Below are positions 51,150 to 63,785 of a stretch of 64,000 nucleotides of DNA, piece after piece (the stretch's first letter is position 1; each line of letters opens with the position of its first letter). This DNA is from Mobula birostris (Eukaryota). The stretch is taken from the NCBI RefSeq assembly GCF_030028105.1, contig NC_092383.1, positions 81,797,921 to 81,861,920 of the forward strand, in the 5' to 3' direction. The position numbers were made by a program, and so were the translations under genes. Below the pieces are notes generated by a model, which saw only the letters and a program-made list of their open reading frames with translations, ran no database searches and was not told the origin of the DNA.

Positions 51150-51665
51150 AACGCAAGAGATTCTACAGAATCCTCCAGCACACGCAAAATGCTAGAAGAA
51201 CTCAACGGATCAGGCAGCATCTATGGAGGGAAATAAACAGTTTGGGGTTACGACCCTTCATCAGGACTGGGAAGAAAGGGGAAGTAGCCAGAATAAGAGA
51301 GGAGGAGGGGTGCAGGATGGAAGGTGACAGTTGCAGCCAGGTGATAAGGAAGGTGGGTGGGTGTGAGGGAGGGGGAAGGAAGTGAGGACCTGTGAGGTGA
51401 GAGGTGGAAAAGAATAAAGAATCTGATTGGAGAAGTGGACCAAGGGAAAAAGGGAAGGAGTAGGGGGACCAGGGGAGCAGGTGAGGGGAAGACAAAGGGT
51501 AAGTGACGCAGGTGAAGTGGAAGAAATTGTCCACAGTTAGAGAAATCAATGCTCATGCCATCAGGTTGGAGGCTACCCAGGTGGAATATGAGATGTTGCT
51601 TCTCCAACCTGAAAGTGGCCTCAGAGGAAGCCATGGTCCAATACGTCAGAATGTGAATGGAAATG
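51150..51665 (-). mobile_element. Penelope-like 3' fragment
   Basis: RLEKQHLIFHLGSLQPDGMSIDFS, purine tract, decayed terminal repeat. Confidence 0.8.
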
Positions 51666-52354
51666 ACTGTATTATCAGGAATAATAAAACAAAGCTCCAT
51701 TCTGTTAATTAATTCCTGTGCTTATCCTACAAGTTCGTCCGATCTATCTTGTACTCAATGAGCAAGTAAAACCATTAGACCTTAGTCCAATATTAAATCC
51801 ATTGTGTGAATTTATCTAACAAATGATGAATGAACAAGTGATTGTCCCACAATCTATAAAAGAACTGAAGGCAAAAGTCAATTGGGTCCAGAAAAAAACT
51901 ACTTTCTGTCCATCATGGGTCTGACCTTGAATGCTGAGTAAATTGAGCAGAGAAGAGCAATTAATTAAAGACTTGATTTTCTTTTCATGATTTTTAACCG
52001 TTACTGTTAAAAAATTACTGAAATGGTGTGGTAGTTAATGGCTTCTTCTTCATTCCATTTTTTTTTTACCTCTCTCCATTGTCCATTCTCAACTTAGTCA
52101 ATTCGGTATTACTGAGCATCCCTTGTGACAGCATTGATCACAATGGTCCGAGTTGCCATTCATCTTTATAACACAAAGGATGTAGATGCAGGTAGTTTAA
52201 GAAGTTGTAAAGGAATACATTTCCCTCTCCCTTTGAACAGGTCAGACCTGGTTTCTGTAACTGGGCCAACACCCTTCAGAGTACAAGAGTACATGGTGAT
52301 TTAATTAATCTGCTGGTTCCTTATGTAATGTTTCCCACAATATAAGTGGTTTAC

Positions 52355-52522
52355 ACAATGGCAAAGTAGCTAGCAATGCTGCTTCATGGCTCCACTGAGC
52401 TGGGTTTGACCATGACTTCCACAGCGGTCTGTGTACAGTTTATGCATTCTCTCTGTCACCATGTGGGATTCTGCTGAATGTTTCAGGTTGCTGCCACAAC
52501 CCAAAGATAAGTTGGTTGGTTA
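52355..52522 (+). mobile_element. Degenerate V-SINE
   Basis: tRNA-like head and gtctgtgtacagttt...gtgggatt...ccacaacccaaaga. Confidence 0.55.
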
Positions 52523-52538
52523 TTTAAAATTAACTTAA

Positions 52539-54969
52539 CACTCAGTAGGTACACGAGCTTGTTAATGCAAATATCTAATCAGCCAATCACATGGCTGCAA
52601 CTCAGTGCATAAAAGCATGCAGACATGGTCAAGAGGTTCAATTGTTGTTCAGGCCAAACATCAGAATGGGGAATAAAATGTGGTCCAAGTGGTTTTGACT
52701 GTGGAATGATTGTTGGTGCCAATCAACATTGAGAATCTCAGAAACTGCTGATCTCCTGGTATTTTCTCACACAAGTCTCTAGGGTTTACAGAGAATGGTG
52801 CAAAAACCTAGAAACACATCCTGTGGGCAAAAGCGCCTTGTAAATGAGAGCTCAGAGGAGAAAGGCCAGACTGGTTCAAGCTGACAGGAAGTTGACCGTA
52901 ATTCAAATAACTCCACGCAATACAACCGTGGTATGCTGAAGAGCATCTCTGAACGCACGTGTCGAACCTTGAAGTGGATGGGCTACAGCAGCAGAAGACT
53001 ACATACACTTGCTGGCCATTTGGTCATTTTATTAGGTAGAAACATAGAAAATAGGTGCAGGAGTAGGCCCTTCGAGCCTTCGAGCCTGCACCGCCATTTA
53101 TTATGATCATGGCTGATCATCCAACTCAGAACCCCGCCCCAGCCTTCCCTCCATACCCCCTGACCCCCGTAGCCACAAGGGCCATATCTAACTCTCTCTT
53201 AAATATAGCCAATGAACTGGCCTCAACTGTTTCCTGTGGCAGAGAATTCCACAGATTCAGATAATAATCAGATAATAATCTGTTTTCCTATTTTTGCCAC
53301 CAAAGTGGATAACTTCACATTTATCCACATTAAATTGCATCTGCCATGAATTTGCCCACTCACCCAACCTATCCAAGTCACCCTGCATCCTCTTAGCATC
53401 CTCCTCACAGCTGACACTGCCACCCAGCTTCGTGTCATCCGCAAACTTGGAGATGCTGCATTTAATTCCTTCATCCAAGTCATTAATATATATTGTAAAC
53501 AACTGGGGTCCCAGCACTGAGCCTTGCGGTACCCCACTAGTCACCGCCTGCCATTCTGAAAAGGTCCCGTTTATTCCCACTCTTTGCTTCCTGTCTGCTA
53601 ACCAATTCTCCACCCACACCAATACCTTACCCCCAATACCGTGTGCTTTAAGTTTGCACACTAATCTCCTGTGTGGGACCTTGTCAAAAGCCTTTTGAAA
53701 ATCCAAATATACCACATCCACTGGTTCTCCCCTATCCACTCTACTAGTTACATCCTCAAAAAATTCTATGAGATTCGTCAGACATGATTTTCCTTTCACA
53801 AATCCATGCTGACTTTGTCTGATCATTTCACCGCTTTCCAAATGTGCTGTTATCACATCCTTGATAACTGACTCCAGCAGTTTCCCCACCACCGACGTTA
53901 GGCTAACCGGTCTATAATTCCCTGGTTTCTCTCTCCCTCCTTTTTTAAAAAGTGGGGTTACATTAGCCACCCTCCAATCCTCAGGAACTAGTCCAGAATC
54001 TAATGAGTTTTGAAAAATTATCACTAATGCATCCACTATTTCTTGGGCTACTTCCTTAAGCACTCTAGGATGCAGACCATCTGGCCCTGGGGATTTATCT
54101 GCCTTCAATCCCTTCAATTTACTTAACACCACTTCCCTACTAACATGTATTTCGCTCAGTTCCTCCATCTCACTGGACCTTCTGTCCCCTACTATTTCTG
54201 GAAGATTATTTATGTCCTCCTTAGTGAAGACAGAACCAAAGTAATTATTCAATTGGTCTGCCATGTCCTTGCTCCCCATAATCAATTCACCTGTTTCTGT
54301 CTGTAGGGGACCTACATTTGTCTTTACCAGTCTTTTCCTTTTTACATATCTATAAAAGCTTTTACAGTCCGTTTTTATGTTCCCTGTCAGTTTTCTCTCA
54401 TAATCTTTTTTCCCCTTCCTAATTAAGCCCTTTGTCCTCCTCTGCTGAACTCTGAATTTCTCCCAGTCCTCAGGTGAGCCACTTTCTCTGGCTAATTTGT
54501 ATGCTTCTTCTTTGGAATTGATTATATCCCTAATTTCTCTTGTCAGCCACGGCTGCACACCTTCCTTGATTTATTCTTTTGCCAAACTGGGATGAACAAT
54601 TGTTGTAGTTCATCCATGCAACCTTTAAATGCTTGCCATTGCATATCCACTGTCAATCCTTTAAGTGTCATTTGCCAGTCTATCTTAGCTAATTCATGTC
54701 TCATACCTTCAAAGTTACCCCTCTTTAAGTTCAGAACCTTTGTTTCTGAATTAACTCTGTCACTCTCCATCTTAATGAAGAATTCCACCATATTATGGTC
54801 ACTCTTACCCAAGGGGCCTCTCACAACAAGATTGCTAATTAACCCTTCCTCATTGCTCAAAACCCAGTCCAGAATAGCCTGCTCTCTAGTTGGTTCCTCG
54901 ACATGTTGGTTCAAAAAACCATCCTGCATACATTCCAAGAAACGTAACTAAGAAAGTAGCCGCTGAGTG
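52539..54969 (+). mobile_element. Non-autonomous Tc1-like element split by a CR1 insertion
   Basis: Transposase N-terminal remnant (FDCGMIVGA, ISETADLL, ARLVQADRK, KSISER, TLKWMGYSSRR) at about 52666-53000. CACTCAGT left end; right end ...aaagtagccgctgagtg-TA at 54944-54971. Confidence 0.8.
53037..54942 (-). mobile_element. Young CR1 LINE, 5'-truncated with internal deletion; RT ORF 53257-54558
   Basis: 433-aa ORF with KSPGPDG, YRPVSLTS, QHGF, YLDFQKAFD, GVPQGSVLGP, FADD; upstream frame 54543-54938 with ILDWVL and SDH endonuclease motifs; (TTCTATGT)-type tail. Confidence 0.96.
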
Positions 54970-55439
54970 TAAGGGGTGGCAGAGAACCATGATGGAGTTG
55001 ATAGACCAGAGATTAAATAGTTACAGGTAAATAAGTTATGAGGTGGTAATGATGGGGTTATTCCAGAAGCAGGCATGGCATTGATGGGTTGAATGCCCTC
55101 CTAAGAGGGTAACAGTAAGTTTTGAAAATTTATCATGAAAGTGCTGAGCTATGATGTACAATGTTAGAATTAAATAATACAGTCACACGTAACTACACCT
55201 ATGGTATAATAATCAGTGTGAGTTGTGATTTTGAAGTCATCCAAAACTTTACATCCGAGTAACTTCAAATAAATGAGGGAACAAAGAATTTGTGTTTTGT
55301 TTCATTGCTGTGGGCTAGCAAAAGTAACTAATACCCTCCTCCCCCCAGCAGTATCGCCAGAAAGATTAAGTATAAATCTTGTATTTCCAATGTGTCTGTG
55401 AACTGGCTTAGGATGTCTTCTAATGTATTCTTAGCTGTT

Positions 55440-55745
55440 TTATACTTATACTTTACTGCCGCCAAACAATTGCTACTAGAACGTACAATCATCACAGTGA
55501 TATTTGATTCTGCGCTTCACACTCCCTGGGTTACAAATATTAAATATTAAAAATAGTTATAATTAGTAAATATTAAAAATTTAAATTATAAATCATAAAT
55601 AGAAAATAGAAAAATGGGAAGTAAGGTAGTGCAAAAAAAACTGAGAGGCAGGTCCGGATATTTGGAGGGCACGGCCCAGATCCGGGTCAGGATCCGTTCA
55701 GCAGTCTTAGCACAGTTGGAAAGAAGCTGTTCCCAAATCTGGCCG
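55440..55745 (-). mobile_element. LINE 3' end (Rex-like), different subfamily
   Basis: tatacttatacttta tail; gaaagaagctgttccc...aatctgg is the reverse complement of the coding end. Confidence 0.55.
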
Positions 55746-56270
55746 TTTTGGGCCCCTTATCTAAGAAAGGATGCGCTGGCATTGGAGAGTGTCCAGAGGA
55801 GGTTCATGGGAATGATCATGTGAATGAAAGGTTTGACATTTGAGTGTTTGATGGCTCTGGGCCAGTACCTAATGGAATTTAGAAGAATGAGAGGGATATC
55901 ATTGAAATCTATGGAATATTGGAAGGCCCAGATAGAGTGGACGTGTAGAGGATGTTTCCTACAGTGGGGGAGTCTAGCACCAGAGGGTGCAGCCTCGGAA
56001 TAGAAGGACATCCCTTTGGAACAGAAATGAAGAGGAAATTCTTTAGACAGAGGGTGGTAATTCTGTGGAATTCATTGCCACAGACAGCAGTGAAGGCCAG
56101 GTCACTGGATAGATATAAATATATATATAGTGGAGGTCGATAGGTTTTTGATTAGTAAGGGCATCAAAGATTGCAGGGAAAAGGCAGGAGGATGGGGCTG
56201 AGAGGGATAATAAATCAGCCGTCATGCAGCATGATTGGCCTAATACTGCTCCTATGTCTTATGGTCTTGT
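55746..56270 (+). mobile_element. CR1 LINE 3' end
   Basis: FWAPYLRKDALALESVQRRF; FFRQRVVILWNSLP; terminal ctgctcctatgtcttatggtctt. Confidence 0.88.
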
Positions 56271-57000
56271 GATCTTCTAATTGCCTCATTGCTTTCCAAC
56301 AGATAAATGTAAAAAGATTTAAAACAAAACATAATGGCAAAGTGATTGATTTATTGGATTGGAATCCAGCGATCCCGATGACTGAATTAGAAAGACAAAA
56401 TTGAAATCCATTTATATTCAGCTAATTAAATCAGGTAGTTTCATGATCACTATATTAACTGTGAATGTCTTTAAATAATAATATTGATTTCAAACCGTCT
56501 GATTGTCATTAATAGGATCTGAATTTTTGAGGTCCTTCATGGAAGGAAATCTGCCATCCTTAGCCAGTCACAACTAAATCTAACTCCACGCACAAAACAG
56601 TTGACTCTTAACTCCCTCTTCAACTCAGGTAATTAAGGGTGGATGGTAAATGCTTACATTGCCAGTGGTTTTCACATCCTTTGGATGGTGGTTGACGGAT
56701 GATGACGGGAAAGCTGTGCGGGAGAGTTTTAAAGTGGAAAAGCCGCTGTACTGGGGCAGTTCCTCTCTCTCGACCCAAGTCCAGGCGCAGTGGTACAAGC
56801 AGGCATCACTAACTGCAGTCTTCCCTGGTTGCATGACGTCTTCTGTGCCTTGTCATGCCTTTTGCTCTCCACGCAACATTGCAGTACCGCCTTCCTGGCC
56901 ATTGGATCCCACTGTAGATCTCATCTGCCCCGTCCACTGGAACTGACTCCACCCTGATTTACACGACAAGCCCCTTCACCCCAAACACCCCACATTCTTT

Positions 57001-57670
57001 TTAGATTGTGAGGACACGCAGTCCTCTTTTATTGTCATTTAGTAATGCATGCATTAAGAAATGATACAATTTGTTCCTCCAGAATGATATCTCAGAAACA
57101 CAAGACAAACCAAGACTAAAAAAAACCTGACAAAAACCACATAGTTATAACATATAGTTACAACAGTGCAAAGCAATACCGTAATTTGATGAAGAACAGA
57201 CCATGGGCATGGTTAAAAAATAAAGTCTCAAAGTCTCTCGAAAGTCCCATCATCTCAAGCAGATGGCTGAAGGGAGAAACTCCCTGCCATGAACCTCCAG
57301 TGCCACAAACTTGCCGATGCAGCACCCTGGAAGCACCCAACCACAGTCCGACTCTGAGTCCGTCCAAAAACTTCGAGCCTGTAACCAGCCCTCCGACACC
57401 GAGCACCATCTCTGCTGAGCGCTTCGACCCCGGCCCCGGCAACAGGCGATAGGCAAAGCCGAGGATTTGGGGTCTTCCCCTCTGGAGATTCTCGATTGCA
57501 CAATAGCAGCCACAGCGAAGCAGATATTTCAGAAGTTTTCTCCAGATGTTCCTCCGTGCTTCTCACGTCCGTCTCCATCAAATCATGATTGTGCACGGCC
57601 CCCTATTTAACGAATACGATACCAATTCGGAGCAGCCGCGCGTGTTGCATCGCGTCGCCATCTTCTCCTT
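57001..57670 (-). mobile_element. ~670-bp non-autonomous retroelement, copy 2
   Basis: Collinear homology with 2950-3582, including both ends. Confidence 0.75.
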
Positions 57671-58304
57671 CCCTACTTTGAACATATAAGCTAAAAACGG
57701 GAAAGAACACGGAATCAAATAAAGTAGTTTTGAAACAGGAGAGATCAGGTGAGGAAAATTATAAGGTAGACAATGGTGTGCATAAGGTATGGTTAATAAG
57801 GTTTAGTGGAGTGCAGGTAGAAATTACTGAGGGGATTATGATATGATAGAAAAGAATGGAGACTTTACGTAACAAAGTGAAGATTGTGAACTTAGAATCC
57901 TTAGCTACAATTTATTCAGGAAGAATAGGAAGTCAGAAAACAAAGTATGAGGTGGGAATATAGATCCAAGGTATTGTTTTTCCTTGGAAAGGAATAAATG
58001 CTCAAAGGTTCAGAGTAGGATTTGGGCAAGTTAGGAAGAGGAGAGGAGCTGTTTTATGGCTGGGTGTATACTATAACTAAAATGGTTCAAAGGTTCATGT
58101 TATTGTCAAAGTATGCATGTAAAATACAACTCTGATATTTATCTTCTCCAGATAGCCATGCAATACATAGAAAAAACATGGGAGTTGTTGAAAGAAAAGA
58201 CATTATCTCAACTCCGCCCCACCCCAATCACCAGCATAAAAAAGGAAAAGAAACACCCCCCCCACCATGTCCTCCCTCACAGAAAAACACAGATTGCCCA
58301 CTTT

Positions 58305-58577
58305 GCAGCAGCAGGTGCATAAAGAAGGCCTGGAAGATTGTTGGGGCACCAGTTGCTCCAACCATAAACTGTTTCAGCTGCTTCCATCTGGCAAACGGTA
58401 CCACAGCATTAAAGCCAGGTCCAACAGGCTACAGGACAGCTTCTTCCTACGAGCCGTTAGGACTGATAAATTCACACATCTGTACATTGCAACGGAGTCA
58501 TAACGCAAAGATTTTTACTCCCTCACGTTGTTGAATGGATGTAAGATTTAAGTAAATTCAATTCAATTCAATTCAAA
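58305..58577 (+). mobile_element. Rex-like LINE 3' end with (AATTC)n tail
   Basis: HKLFQLLPSGKRYHSIKARSNRLQDSFF; aattc repeats at about 58555-58577. Confidence 0.8.
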
Positions 58578-58789
58578 TGGCAGTTGGACATCAAAAACCC
58601 CAAATCCCAAATCCCCAATCCCCAACCCCCTCCCTCACAGAAAAAATGGTGAGAATAACATCAACTCCCCCCCCCCCCACACACCCTTTCCATTGTAGTA
58701 ATAGTAGTAGGTGATCACTTGAGTACAATTTTCTTCTAAGGGGTTGTCTATTGGTGGGTTGTCGTTAGGGGCCGATCCGGGATACACAG

Positions 58790-59435
58790 AGGACCTGTCC
58801 TGGACCCATCGTATAAATATTATTGCAAAGAAAGCACAACAGTGTGTCTACTTCCTCAGGAGTCTGGAGATTCAGCATGTCATCGAAAACCTTGGCAAAC
58901 TTCTATAGATGTATGGTGGAAAAGTGTGCTGACTGGCTGCATTAGAGCCTGGTATGGGAACACCAATGCCTTTGAGTGAAAAATCCTGCAAAAGGTAGTG
59001 GATTCGGCCCAGTACATACGGGAAAAGCCCTCCCAACCATTTAGCACATCTACATGAAACATTGCCGTAGTAAAGCAGTTCCCATCATTAAAGATCCTTG
59101 CCACCAGGCCAATCTCTTTTCTCGCTGCAGCCATCAGGTAAAAGGTACAGATTCACACAGCCTCAGGACTCACACCACCAGGTTCAAGACTAGTTACTGC
59201 CCCTCAACCATCAGTCTCTTGAACAAAAATGGATAGCTACACTCATTTAAGGACTCTGTTATATTGTTATTTCATGCTTATTAATTATTGCTATTTATTT
59301 ATATCTGTATTTGCACAGCTTGTTTACAGTTACTGTTGTATAGATTTGCTGAGTATGCCTGCAGAAAAAGAAATTCATGGTTGTATGTGGTAACGTGTAT
59401 GTATGCTGATAATAAATCTTACTTTGAAGTTTGTA
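58790..59435 (+). mobile_element. Rex/Babar-like LINE 3' part
   Basis: gaggacctgtcctgg, CITAWYG-like segment, LRTHTTRFKTSY. Confidence 0.8.
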
Positions 59436-59574
59436 CTTACTGTAATTCACATTTTTTTCCTGTTATTATGTAAAGCATTGTACCGCTGCCGCAAAGATGA
59501 CAAATTTCATGACATACTGCGGGCCGGTGATATTAAACCTGATTCTGATTCTGTCATACTAATGGTTATTTTGT

Positions 59575-60035
59575 AAACACAAAATAATCTGCGGATGCTG
59601 AGGTCTAAGCAACACTCACAACACGCTGGAGGAACTCAACAGGTCAGACAGCAGCCATGGAAACGATCAGTCAACGTTTCGGGCTGGAACCCTTCGTCAG
59701 GACTCTAGGGGGAAGGGGCAGAGGCCCTATAAAGAAGGTGGGGGGAGAGTGGAAAGGAGAAGGCTGGTAGATTCCAGGTGAAAAACCAGTAAGGGGAAAG
59801 GATAAAGGGGTGGGGGAGGGGAGGCAGGGAGGTGATAGGCAGGAAAGGTGAAGAAGGAATAGGGGAAAACACAATGGGTTGTAGAAGGAGGTGGAACCAT
59901 GAGGGAGGTGATAGGCAGCTGGGGGAGGGGGCAGAGTGACATAGGGATAGAGGAAGGGAGGGGGAGGGAACTACTGGAAGTTGGAGAATTCTATGTTCAT
60001 ACCAAGGGGCTGGAGACTATCTAGACGGTATATGT
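59575..60035 (-). mobile_element. Penelope-like 3' fragment (second subfamily) with intact hammerhead core at 59669-59704
   Basis: Minus strand reads AGTC CTGACGA A GGG-ttccag-CCC GAAA CG TT GACT; purine tract; LQPLGMNIEFSNF coding end. Confidence 0.8.
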
Positions 60036-60037
60036 AA

Positions 60038-60246
60038 TGCACACGGAATGAGAACTCAGCAAATCTGGCAGCATCTCTGGACGGGAATAATCAGTTGATA
60101 TTTCTGGCAGAAACCTGGTGGCCTGATGAAGGATCTCAGTCTGAAACATCAGTCATTTAATCCCCTCCATAGACGTTGCCTGACTTGCCGAGTTCCCCGA
60201 GTATTTTGCACGTATTGCTCAAGATTTGCAGAACCTCTTGTGTTTA
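60038..60246. repeat. Degenerate inverted pair of Penelope terminal repeats
   Basis: gaactcagcaaatctggcagcatctctgga... mirrored by ...ctccatagacgttgcctgacttgccgagttcc. Confidence 0.65.
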
Positions 60247-60894
60247 TGATTATTTTGTGTTTTGGTGGGTAGACAGTTTGCTGTGTGCACAGATTTCAGC
60301 TTGCTGACAGCTGCTTTGATGTGGTGTCCCAAAATCCCCACCAGAAGGAGCAGGAACCAGGAACGGAGGCTCCACGTACTGTCAGTTAACGGGAAGCTGA
60401 CACTACTTACACAGTGATAATCATTCAACGATCTCTCTGGAGTACAATATTCGTCAATCCGCCAAGATAATTATAGCAAAGCTGAAACTGAAGTGTGCAG
60501 AGGGTAGGAGGCATACAAACTTCCTTATGGTTAGCATGAACAGCACAGAAGAATGAAATTGAGCCTAATATTCTGTGTTGCTATTTTTGTCACTAGCAAC
60601 CACCATTTGTGCCATGGACTGAGTTCTCTATATTTCTAGAAAAGAAAATAATGTGCTCACTTTGCTGATACTTGCACTGTTTGCGACATAAACTGACAAA
60701 ATCGTACTTTGTTCATTCGTGTTCTGGAATAAGGTGGTTGCCAGCAAGAGTTTTCCATAGGAATACACTAGAAAGGAAAGAAGTAGAAAGGGTAAGAGGT
60801 CTTAAGCTCCTGGATCTCTGAAGATCTACCCTAGGCCCTACATGTTAGTGCAATCTCAAAGAAGGCAGAACAGTGGCTGTATCTCATTAGTAAC

Positions 60895-62493
60895 TAGGAA
60901 GTTGAATAGTCTAAAGGTAGGTAAATCTCCCGGACCAGATGGAATGCACCCTCGTGTTCTGAAGGAAGTAGCTGTGGAAATTGCAGAGGCATTAGTGATG
61001 ATCTTTCAAAAGTCGATAGATTCTGGCATGGTTCCGGAAGACTGGAAGATTGCAAATGTCACTCCGCTATTTAAGAAGGGGGCAAGGAAGTAAAAAGGAA
61101 ATTCTAGACCTGTTAGCTTGACATCGGTGGTTGGGAGGTTGTTGGAGTCGATTGTCAAGGATGAGATTACAGAGTACCTGGAGGCATATGACAAGATAGG
61201 CAGAACTCAGCATGGATTCCTTAAAGGAAAATCCTGTCTGACAAACCTATTACAATTTTTTGAGGAAATTACAAGTAGGCTAGACAAGGGAGATGTAGTG
61301 AATGTTGTATATTTGGATTTTCAGAAGGCCTTTGAGTTGCCACACATGAGGCTACTTAACAAGATAAGAGCCCATGGAATTACAGGAAAGTTACATACGT
61401 GGATAGAGCGTTGGCTGATTGACAGGAAACAGAGAGTGGGAATAAAGGGATCCTATTCTGGTTGGCTGCTGGTTACCAGTGGTGTTCCACAGGGGTCCGT
61501 GTTGGGGCCGCTTCTTTTTACGTTGTACATCAACGATTTGGATTATGAAATAGATGGCTTTGTGGCTAAGTTTGCTGACGATACGAAGATAGGTGGAGGA
61601 GCCAGTAGTGCAGAGAAAACAGAGAGTCTGCAGAGAGACTTGGATAGATTGGAAGAATGGGCAAAGAAGTGGCAAATGAAATTCAATGTTGGAAAGTGTA
61701 TGGTTATGCACTTTGGCAGAAGAAATAAATGGGCAGACTATTATTTAAATGGGGAGAGAATTCAAAGTTCTGAGATGCAACGGGACCTGGGAGTTCTCGT
61801 ACAGGTACTTTTAAGGTTAACCTCCAGGTTGAGTCGGTGGTGAAGAAGGCGAATGCAATGTTGGCATTCATTTCTAGAGGAATAGAGTATAGGAGCAGGG
61901 ACGTTATGTTGAGGCTCTATAAGGCGTTGGTGAGACCTCACTTGGAGTACTGTGGGCAGTTTTGGTCTCCTTATTTAAGAAAGGATGTGCTGACATTGGA
62001 GAGGGTACAGAGAAGATTCACTAGAATGATTCCAGGAATGAGAGGGTTAACATATGAGGAAGGTTTGTCTGCTCTTGGATTGTATTCCTTGGAGTTTAGA
62101 AGAATGAGGGGAGTCCTCATAGAAACATTTTGAATGTTGAAAGGCATGGACAGAGTGGATGTGGCAAAGTTGTTTCCCATGATGGGGGAGCCTAGTATGA
62201 GAAGGCATGACTTAAGGATTGAAGGGCGCCCATTCAGAACAGAAATGCAAAGAAATTTTTTTAGCCAGAGGGTGGTGAATCTATGGAATTTGTTGCCACG
62301 GGCGGCAGTGGAGGCCAAGTCATTGGGTGTATTTAAGGCAGAGATTGATAGGTATCTCAGTAGCCAGGGCATCAAAGGTTATGGTGAGAAGGCGGGGGAG
62401 TGGAACTAAATGGGGGAATGGATCAGCTCATGATAAAATGGCGGAGCAGACGCGATGGGCCGAATAGCCGACTTCTGCTCCTTTGTCTTACGG
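60895..62493 (+). mobile_element. CR1 LINE (RT to 3' end, with stop and frameshifts) inserted into a Rex-like fragment
   Basis: ORFs 60842-61093, 61118-61843, 61837-62133 and 62134-62409 are consecutive CR1 ORF2 pieces. Rex-like sequence at 60785-60894 continues at 62494-62822. Confidence 0.95.
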
Positions 62494-63024
62494 TAATTTG
62501 AGGAGATTTGGTATGGCTCCAAAGACTCCAGCAAAAATCTACAGGTGTAATGTGGAGAGCATTCTTACTGGTTGCATCACCATCTGGTAGAAAGGGGCCA
62601 CCGCACAAGATCAGAAAAAGCTGCAGAAAATTGTAAACACAGCCAGCTTCATCATGGTCACTAGCCCCTCCAGCATCGAGGACATCTTCAGAAGGCGATG
62701 CCTCAAAATGGCGGTATTCATCATTTAGGACCCCCATCCCCTGCCCTCATTACTACCGCCAGGGATGACGTACAGGAGCACGAATATGCAGGTAGTATTA
62801 AACCTGGTTCTGTTTCTGATTCTAGAGCTACATTCTTTAAGGTTAAGGTGATGTCATTGCAACTTAGAAAATTGTTATGGGGATCATTTCTGACGTCCTC
62901 TGTAAGAAGAGGACGACCTTCCCATGTGCAAGTGGGATTCCTCTAGATGCTCCAGTTTCCTCCTGCAGTCCAAGGATGTATCAGTTAGTAGGTTAATTGG
63001 TCATAGTAAAGTGTCCTGTAATTA

Positions 63025-63340
63025 ATATAGGCATCCGTTAGTCTCATGAGACCATGGATTTGTGCCTTGGAAGATTTCCAGGGTGCAGGCCTGGGCAAGG
63101 TTCTATGGAAGACCGGCAGTTACCCATGCTGCAAGTCTCCACTCTCCACGCCACCGATGCTGTCCAAGGGAAGGGCACTAAGGCCGATACAGCTTGGCAC
63201 TGGTGTTGTCGCAGAGCAATGTGTGGTTAAGTGCTTTGCTCAAGGAGACAACACGCTGCCTCAGCTGAAGCTCGAACTAGCGACCTTCAGATCACTAGAC
63301 CGATGCCTTAACCACTTGGACACGCACCAACACAACGATG
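63025..63340 (-). mobile_element. tRNA-derived CORE-like SINE nested in a V-SINE
   Basis: Minus strand has A-box-like TGTCCAAGTGG, B-box-like AGTTCGAGC and CORE-like TCCTTGAGCAAAGCACTTAACC. GTAATTA direct repeats at 63018-63024 and 63341-63347. Host V-SINE spans about 62895-63410. Confidence 0.7.
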
Positions 63341-63785
63341 GTAATTAGCCTAGTGTTAAATTGGTGGGTTGCTAGGCAGGGCCTGTTCTGCACGGTACCT
63401 CTAAATAAACAAGACATGGGAGTTGGCTCCACCTGACTGGGGAGAACTGTCTCATAATAAGCCGAACACTGTTTGGGACTGAGACGAACAGAAATCCCGT
63501 TGTGCAGAGGATATGAGCCTTTGGAATTCTCTGCCCAGAAAGGTGTGGATTTGCATCGATAGGTTTCTGGATTTTTAATCAAGGGATATAGGCTTAGTGT
63601 AGGTTGTTAGGTTAATGGGTTCCTGTAAAGAACTCCTGGTGTAACAAGCTGGTGGAAGAATCAAGAGGCTGTGATGGTGCATGAGTGAGGGAGTTAGTTA
63701 CAGGAATATAAGTAGGAGAACGAGATTGCTCACAAAGCTGGTATTTACTTAGCAGGCTGAATGGCTTCCTTCTATGTCATGAGTA

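Noticed and set aside
53257-54558. 433-aa RT ORF as a domesticated gene or active LINE
   Set aside because: The element is 5'-truncated, frameshifted near 54550 and internally deleted; it is simply a young CR1 copy.
56660-56975. Possible RTE-type 5' fragment
   Set aside because: Looks repeat-like but shows no diagnostic motif or second copy in the window, so it could not be supported.
63255-63333. tRNA gene
   Set aside because: A/B boxes belong to a SINE head followed by CORE-like sequence; no full cloverleaf was evident.
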